Positions 44,710 to 49,907 of a stretch of 49,907 bases of DNA are shown here, piece after piece. Each line of letters starts with the position of its first letter. Within the stretch, counting starts at the first letter, position 1. Origin of the DNA: Planctomycetota bacterium. GTDB taxonomy: Bacteria; Planctomycetota; UBA1135; UBA2386. Location of the stretch: contig CANMWZ010000031.1 in NCBI GenBank assembly GCA_947501605.1, positions 1 to 49,907 on the forward strand. The letters run 5' to 3'. A program made the translations under genes and the position numbers. Below the pieces are notes generated by a model. The model searched no databases and had not been told where the DNA came from. It was given only the letters and a program-made list of their open reading frames with translations.

Positions 44710-45882
44710 ATGTCGCTCGCCACCTCGCTCGCCCTCGTCGCCCTGCTGGCCCAAGCAGGAGAGCGCGACCAAGGCCCGACATCGGGGCCCCCGAGTCGCA
44801 CGACCACCGATGCAGCCGCACCCGGCGACGGTTCGCGCCTCGAATTGGCGGCCGAGGCCTTGAAGCGTTGCAGCGATGCCGCTGCGCGTGGACTCACTTG
44901 GCTGGCGGCAAAGCAAACCGACAGCGGCGCCTTCACCGGCGTCGTCGGTCACAAGATCCAGAACGACTACGTGGAGTTGACCAATGCGCTGTCGGTCGGC
45001 GAACAGCGCGCTCAGGGTCACGGTCATCTCGGAGTCAGCGCGCTGTGCGGCATGGCCTTCTTGGCCGCCGGCCAACTCCCCGATCGCGGCCAACACGGCC
45101 GCGCGGTGCAACGGACCATCAGCTACGTCATCGCGCACGCAGAGGAGAATGGCTTCCTGACCGACGCCGGAACGCGAATGTACAGCCATGCGTTCGCGAC
45201 CCTGTTCCTCGCCGAGGTGTATGGCATGGCCGGCGGCGCTCAGTGCAAACTCGCACTCGAGCGCGCGGTCAACCTGATCGTCGACAGCCAGAACCAGCAG
45301 GGCGGGTGGCGCTACAACCCGTTTGACCGCGAAACCGATCTGTCCGTCACCGTGTGCCAATTGCAGGCGCTGCGCGCTGCCCGCAACATCGGCATCAAGG
45401 TGCCCGAGGACACGGTCGAGCGCGCCGTTGCCTACGTCCAGAAGAGCCAGGTCCGCGGCCGGCGACGGGGCGGCGGTCAGTTCTACTACAAGATCCAAGG
45501 CCGCGGCGCCTACGACAAGCCCGACGAGTACGCAATCAACGCCGCGGCCTTGACCGCCCTCGCCTCGGCCGGCGTCTATGACAAGGCCCTGCACGAGCCG
45601 ACACTCGACTTTCTCGAGCGCGAGTATGGCGACGTCGCCGACTACTACGGGCGCCACTACTTCTTCTGGTACGGCAACTACTACGCCTGCCAAGCCTTCT
45701 TCCAGACCGGTGGTTCGCGGTTCCGCCGCTACTACGAGCGCCTGTATCCCGATCTGTTGGCGATGCAGCGGCCGGATGGAAGTTGGGCCAACACCACTGG
45801 CCCTGGTGATGAGTTCTCCACCGCCATTGCGTGCCTCCTGCTCCAACTCCCGCAGCAGTATCTACCGATCTTCCAACGGTGA
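44710..45882 (+). CDS. Secreted prenyltransferase/squalene oxidase repeat protein
   Basis: GLTWLAAKQ, MYSHAFATLFLAEVYGM, SQNQQGGWRY, DLSVT, LRAARNIG, YGNYYACQA, QRPDGSW. Confidence 0.9.
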   Translation: MSLATSLALVALLAQAGERDQGPTSGPPSRTTTDAAAPGDGSRLELAAEALKRCSDAAARGLTWLAAKQTDSGAFTGVVGHKIQNDYVELTNALSVGEQRAQGHGHLGVSALCGMAFLAAGQLPDRGQHGRAVQRTISYVIAHAEENGFLTDAGTRMYSHAFATLFLAEVYGMAGGAQCKLALERAVNLIVDSQNQQGGWRYNPFDRETDLSVTVCQLQALRAARNIGIKVPEDTVERAVAYVQKSQVRGRRRGGGQFYYKIQGRGAYDKPDEYAINAAALTALASAGVYDKALHEPTLDFLEREYGDVADYYGRHYFFWYGNYYACQAFFQTGGSRFRRYYERLYPDLLAMQRPDGSWANTTGPGDEFSTAIACLLLQLPQQYLPIFQR

Positions 45883-46068
45883 ACGACGGCTCGCCTTCCG
45901 TTCCCCATCGACGCTAGACGCCGTCGCCGCAGAACTTTCCACAGGGTGTCCAACGGCGCCAAGCGGAGCGGCGCGCGACCGAGCGACACGCCCCGGCGCA
46001 CAGGCCCTTGATTCCCCAACCTGCGCCGCCAGGATGTCCCATCGGTCTCAACCGGTCAGACAGGGAGC

Positions 46069-47139
46069 ATGCCTACCACCCATTACCGCATTCTGTTCGC
46101 GGCCAGCCTCAACGTCGCTCTCGCGGCGCAGGCTCCCGCTCATTCCCAAGTGCCGCAGACGGAACTCGCCACCGCGCTCGCCGGCGGCGGCAGCGCCCGT
46201 GTCGGAGACGGCGGCTCTAGCAGCGATCCCGCCGGCTGGCGCACCCTGCGCAATCTGCCGCAGCCCCAGGGCCCCGACTACTCGCTGAACGCCTTGTTCC
46301 AACAGGACCACGGCGACTTCATGCTGAAGCGCGACCGCATGGACGCGCAGATCGAACTCCGCGGCGGTTCGCTGTTCAGCGGCGAGGTCGGCAAGGAAGT
46401 CGGCGACTTCGATCTGCTGCGCGGCAGCGCGGATCTCGACTTTCGCCTGCTGGTTTCCCCCGATGCGTACTTCTCGCTCGGCGCCTTCTATGACACGCGT
46501 GTCTACAACACGAAGGCGATGCCGAACTTCCAGGACGAGACCCTGACGGCAACCGGCCTCAACATTGGGTTTGGTTGGTTCGTCGCGGAGGACATCCTGT
46601 TGGAAGCGAAGGCGAAGCCCGGCTACTGGTCGGACCTCGACTCGACGCTGAAGCGCGAGGACTTTGACTGCTGGGCCAGCGTGCTCGCCACGGTGCGCTA
46701 CAGCCAGGAGTTCTTCTTCAAGCTCGGCGCCCGCTACAACGAGATCTACGAGGATGCCAACACGCTCCCGTACATCGGCTTGACGTGGGCCGGTGAATCC
46801 GTCCGCGTCGACATTCTGTTGCCGGAGTCGCTGGAGATCTCGCTCTGGCCGTCCCAGGATTTCGCCTTCCTGTTCGGCGCCGAAGTCAACGGTGGTCAGT
46901 ACCGAGTCCGCAGCAGCCCGGCCACCGGTCGCCAGCAAGGAACTTCGAGCGTGCAAGAAGTGCTGGCCTACACCGGCATCCACTGGCAGCTCAGCGACGA
47001 CTTCGCGATCGAAGCGCGCGGCGGCGCCGCACTCGCCGGCAACTACAAGCTCGACGACGGCAACCCGAGCACGCCCGTGGTCGATGGCTCGCTGGGTCAG
47101 GCGTTCTTCTTCGACATCACGCTCGGCATCTTCTTCTGA
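46069..47139 (+). CDS. Outer-membrane beta-barrel protein (DUF6268-like)
   Basis: Signal peptide, alternating amphipathic strands, KPGYWSDLD, LPYIGLTW, DILLPE, terminal Phe; RBS GGGAG. Confidence 0.8.
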   Translation: MPTTHYRILFAASLNVALAAQAPAHSQVPQTELATALAGGGSARVGDGGSSSDPAGWRTLRNLPQPQGPDYSLNALFQQDHGDFMLKRDRMDAQIELRGGSLFSGEVGKEVGDFDLLRGSADLDFRLLVSPDAYFSLGAFYDTRVYNTKAMPNFQDETLTATGLNIGFGWFVAEDILLEAKAKPGYWSDLDSTLKREDFDCWASVLATVRYSQEFFFKLGARYNEIYEDANTLPYIGLTWAGESVRVDILLPESLEISLWPSQDFAFLFGAEVNGGQYRVRSSPATGRQQGTSSVQEVLAYTGIHWQLSDDFAIEARGGAALAGNYKLDDGNPSTPVVDGSLGQAFFFDITLGIFF

Positions 47140-47156
47140 TTTAGAAGGCTCTCTCG

Positions 47157-47194
47157 GGCCGCTGTTCTGGCCGCTGTTCTGGCCGCTGTTCTGG
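47157..47194. repeat. 12-nt perfect tandem repeat x3
   Basis: (GGCCGCTGTTCT)3 GG between convergent genes. Confidence 0.9.
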
Positions 47195-47246
47195 GGCGGC
47201 TGAGCCCAGTCCTCAGGATGCGAGCCTTGCGGCCCGTTCGCGGCGA

Positions 47247-48359
47247 TCAACGCTGCGGACGGGCCGCGCGCATGTAGAGCGCAAGGTAGCGCGCCATGCA
47301 GGTGTCGAGCTCGTAGTTGTCGGCGACGTGGGTGCGGTTCCTGGCCCCTTCTTGACCGCGACGCTGCGCATCGACTGCCAACGCATCGAGGGCCTCGGCA
47401 AGCCCGCGACTATCACCCGCGGCTACGAGGGCACCCCGACACGACATCGGCAACATCGCGCGCACGTCGCCGACGTCGGTGCTCGCGACCGGTAGTCCCG
47501 AGGCCATCGCTTCGAGCATCGAGACTGGCATCTGCTCTGTACGCGACGACAGTACGAACACATCCATCTTGCGATACCACGGCGCCGTGTCGCTCGCGTT
47601 GCCCGCGAACTGCACGCGGTCATGGATGCCGAGCTGCTTGGCCATAGCCTCCAGGCGCGGCCGTTCCGGACCGTCGCCGACCAACAGCAGCTTGGCCTTG
47701 ACCCGCATGGTCGCAAACGCCGCTAGCAGCGTCGCATGGTCCTTCTCGGCGCGCAGGCCACCCACCGCACCGAGGATGCACGAGGCGGCTTCGGGAACGC
47801 GCGGTTCACCGGCGTGAAAGCGCGCGAGATCGACGCCGTTTGGCAGATAGTGCAGCCGCTCTGCCGCGACGCGCCATTCGGCACGGGCGATGTCGAGCAA
47901 GCCGCTCGAGACCACCACGACCCCGTGAGCTCGTGCGAGCCACAGTCGCCGCATCCAGTTGCGCCGCGGATGCCGACGCGTCAGTTCGCCGGGCCCAAAG
48001 CCCTCTTCGTGATGAACGTGATGCCGGATGTTGGCGATGCGGGCCGCCGCGCAGGCTTCGATCGAGCCCCAGTTGTAGGTCAACAAGAGGTCCGGACGCC
48101 GCTCGCGCACCAGACCAACGAACGCACGCGTGCTCGCCAAAAACGAGCGACCGCCAGGAGGACCGAGAAGATCGCCAAGGCGCGCCCGGTCGACATGTTC
48201 GGCGGCTGCGAAGTTGCCGTCCATCGCGACGATGTCGTGACGGACCTCCGGGCCCATGCGTTGGATCAGGTGCGCCTGCCGCATCTGCGGACCGCCGATG
48301 CCAAAGGTCGCAAAGACATGGAGCACACGCCGCAGGGGCAAACCAGCGGGCTCACTCAT
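47247..48359 (-). CDS. Glycosyltransferase family 4
   Basis: RVLHVF..GGPQ, LPNGVD, VGGLRAEKDH, VGDGPER, FVLSSRTEQMPVSMLEAMASGLPVASTDVG. Confidence 0.95.
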   Translation of the reverse strand: MSEPAGLPLRRVLHVFATFGIGGPQMRQAHLIQRMGPEVRHDIVAMDGNFAAAEHVDRARLGDLLGPPGGRSFLASTRAFVGLVRERRPDLLLTYNWGSIEACAAARIANIRHHVHHEEGFGPGELTRRHPRRNWMRRLWLARAHGVVVVSSGLLDIARAEWRVAAERLHYLPNGVDLARFHAGEPRVPEAASCILGAVGGLRAEKDHATLLAAFATMRVKAKLLLVGDGPERPRLEAMAKQLGIHDRVQFAGNASDTAPWYRKMDVFVLSSRTEQMPVSMLEAMASGLPVASTDVGDVRAMLPMSCRGALVAAGDSRGLAEALDALAVDAQRRGQEGARNRTHVADNYELDTCMARYLALYMRAARPQR

Positions 48360-49907
48360 CGGGCCAGGGTCGCATCGACGACCGGCGTGGGAGCTGGCAC
48401 ACGATCGTCAACGACTCCTGGTACGAAGAGCCGCTGCAAGAAGCGCAGACGATCACGTTCGGGCTGGAACCCGAGATCGCGCTCGGCATCGCTGCAATCG
48501 AGCGGTGACTGGAAGCTGCGCGAGCGCAGGTCGCGCAGCGACGGAAACTCGCGAGGCTTGCGCGCCAGCACCTTGACCACCCACTTGCCGATCTCCTGCG
48601 TCCACATCCATAGAATCGGCGAGCTGTGGAAACAGAAGTCGCGGCCGGTGCGGACCCGCACTTCTTGCACGAACTCACGCGCCGTCATCCGCACTGGCCC
48701 GGCAAGGTTGTAGCTCTTATTCTTCGCCGACTCGGCAAACAGGGCCGCGACTAGACCGCGAGCGCAATCGTCCCCCAGGACGAGCGGCAACGGCACTCGA
48801 CCGCGGCCCCAACCGACGCAGTGATTGTCGCGCACCCACAGCCCGAGGCCGGAGTGCTCGAAGCCCCCGGGACCACCGAGCACGATTGCTGGACGCACGA
48901 TCACGACATCGAGGCCACGTTCGCGTTCGCGAACCAGAGCTGCTTCCGCCGCGATCTTGCCGCGACTGTAGGCACCGCGCTGCGCCGGCTGCGGATCGGT
49001 TCCGCAGTGGCCCAGGACGGGCGCAGCATCGCCCAGCCACAGAGCTGCAGTGCTGCTCGCATAGACGAAGCGTTTTACCGCAGCGGCCCGAGCCGCCGCC
49101 GCCGCAACGGCAACGCTTTCGGCCATCGCCGCCTCGACGCGCGCCGGATCATCCCCCGCAACCGTCGCGAGGTGCAGCACGTACTGAGCGCCCGCGAACG
49201 CCGCCGCGAGTACGCTTGCGTCGCCAGCATCGCCGACGAAGACGCGGATGCGTTCGTCGCGCAGCAATGGAGCGAGCAACGACGGCCGTCGCACGACGAT
49301 CGTCACCGACTGGTTGGCAGCAAGTAGCTGCTGGACGCAGTGCTTGCCGAGGAAACCCGCACCGCCGAGCACAACCACTTCGCCGACCCGCGCAGGAACC
49401 GGCTTTCGCAGCGGTGGCGGCGCCGGCAGCGGCAACACGCTGGCACCCGCCGCATCTGCTGCCATGAAGCACATCTGCAAGACTTCGCGCGCAGCAGCTG
49501 GCGAGTTTGGTGGGGTCTTGCGCTGCTGCACGGCGCGGTGGAACTCGCGCACGCTCGTCTGCATGCCGCGCAAGAACGGATCCTCCGGCGCGCGCAGCTT
49601 GAACAGCGCCAGGGCATAGCCAAGCACCGCGACCGTAGCTCGACGCATCAGATGCAGGCCACCAGCCGCGAGATTGCGGCCGGTATCGAGGAAGTCGAGC
49701 CAACGCGTCTTGCGGCGAAGTAGGCAGGCGTTGCGCGACAGGTCCGCGAACACCGAGCCGTCGCTGCCAATGGCGTGCACAGTCGACTCCGGCATGCTGC
49801 GGCCGAGCGCCATGCGGACCGAAGCAGTGCCGCGTTCGCAGACGAGCTGCATTTGCCAATCGTCGAAGAAGCGCGCGCCGTTCTGCAACAACATGGGCGC
49901 GCCAGTC
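48356..49907 (-). CDS. Gfo/Idh/MocA C-terminal region fused to NAD-dependent epimerase/dehydratase; 5' end outside the window
   Basis: Frame open to the window edge; VLGGAGFLG, VLHLA, YASS, YSRGK (YxxxK), VRPAIVLG; ATGA overlap with the GT4 gene. Confidence 0.85.
   Translation of the reverse strand, partial: TGAPMLLQNGARFFDDWQMQLVCERGTASVRMALGRSMPESTVHAIGSDGSVFADLSRNACLLRRKTRWLDFLDTGRNLAAGGLHLMRRATVAVLGYALALFKLRAPEDPFLRGMQTSVREFHRAVQQRKTPPNSPAAAREVLQMCFMAADAAGASVLPLPAPPPLRKPVPARVGEVVVLGGAGFLGKHCVQQLLAANQSVTIVVRRPSLLAPLLRDERIRVFVGDAGDASVLAAAFAGAQYVLHLATVAGDDPARVEAAMAESVAVAAAAARAAAVKRFVYASSTAALWLGDAAPVLGHCGTDPQPAQRGAYSRGKIAAEAALVRERERGLDVVIVRPAIVLGGPGGFEHSGLGLWVRDNHCVGWGRGRVPLPLVLGDDCARGLVAALFAESAKNKSYNLAGPVRMTAREFVQEVRVRTGRDFCFHSSPILWMWTQEIGKWVVKVLARKPREFPSLRDLRSRSFQSPLDCSDAERDLGFQPERDRLRFLQRLFVPGVVDDRVPAPTPVVDATLAR

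Noticed and set aside
44710..45882. Squalene-hopene cyclase or terpene cluster
   Set aside because: Single secreted barrel of 390 aa without the DxDD catalytic motif and no terpene genes nearby.
40251..47194. Short repeats as a CRISPR array
   Set aside because: Units are directly adjacent with no unique spacers, and no cas genes are in the window.

Overview
High-GC bacterial chromosomal window of about 40 genes. The gene content (DUF1570 protein, prenyltransferase-repeat protein, ECF sigma factor with a very long C-terminal extension, Tat-exported Gfo/Idh/MocA, integrase N-terminus type) suggests Planctomycetota; this is inference. It carries housekeeping genes (ruvB, tgt, RluA-family synthase, tRNA-Leu(TAG), 7Fe ferredoxin, ThiF/MoeB, cysteine desulfurase), a Tat-exported PaoABC-like molybdoenzyme operon with a small Cys-rich fourth gene, many secreted or lipoproteins, and the edge of a polysaccharide cluster. 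The strongest hidden signal is a 74-aa SelW/Rdx-family selenoprotein (21052-21276) that the ORF track splits at its in-frame TGA (CxxU motif), with a SECIS hairpin right behind it. Also notable: a sigma-54-preceded protein made of only a lipobox, Gly/Pro linker and PEP-CTERM tail; a DUF4388 membrane protein with FliM-like and MshEN-like motifs; a decayed island at tRNA-Leu with integrase and IS91/ISCR remnants; and a large surface lipoprotein at the left edge that the ORF track misses. All family assignments come from reading motifs by eye; no searches were run.
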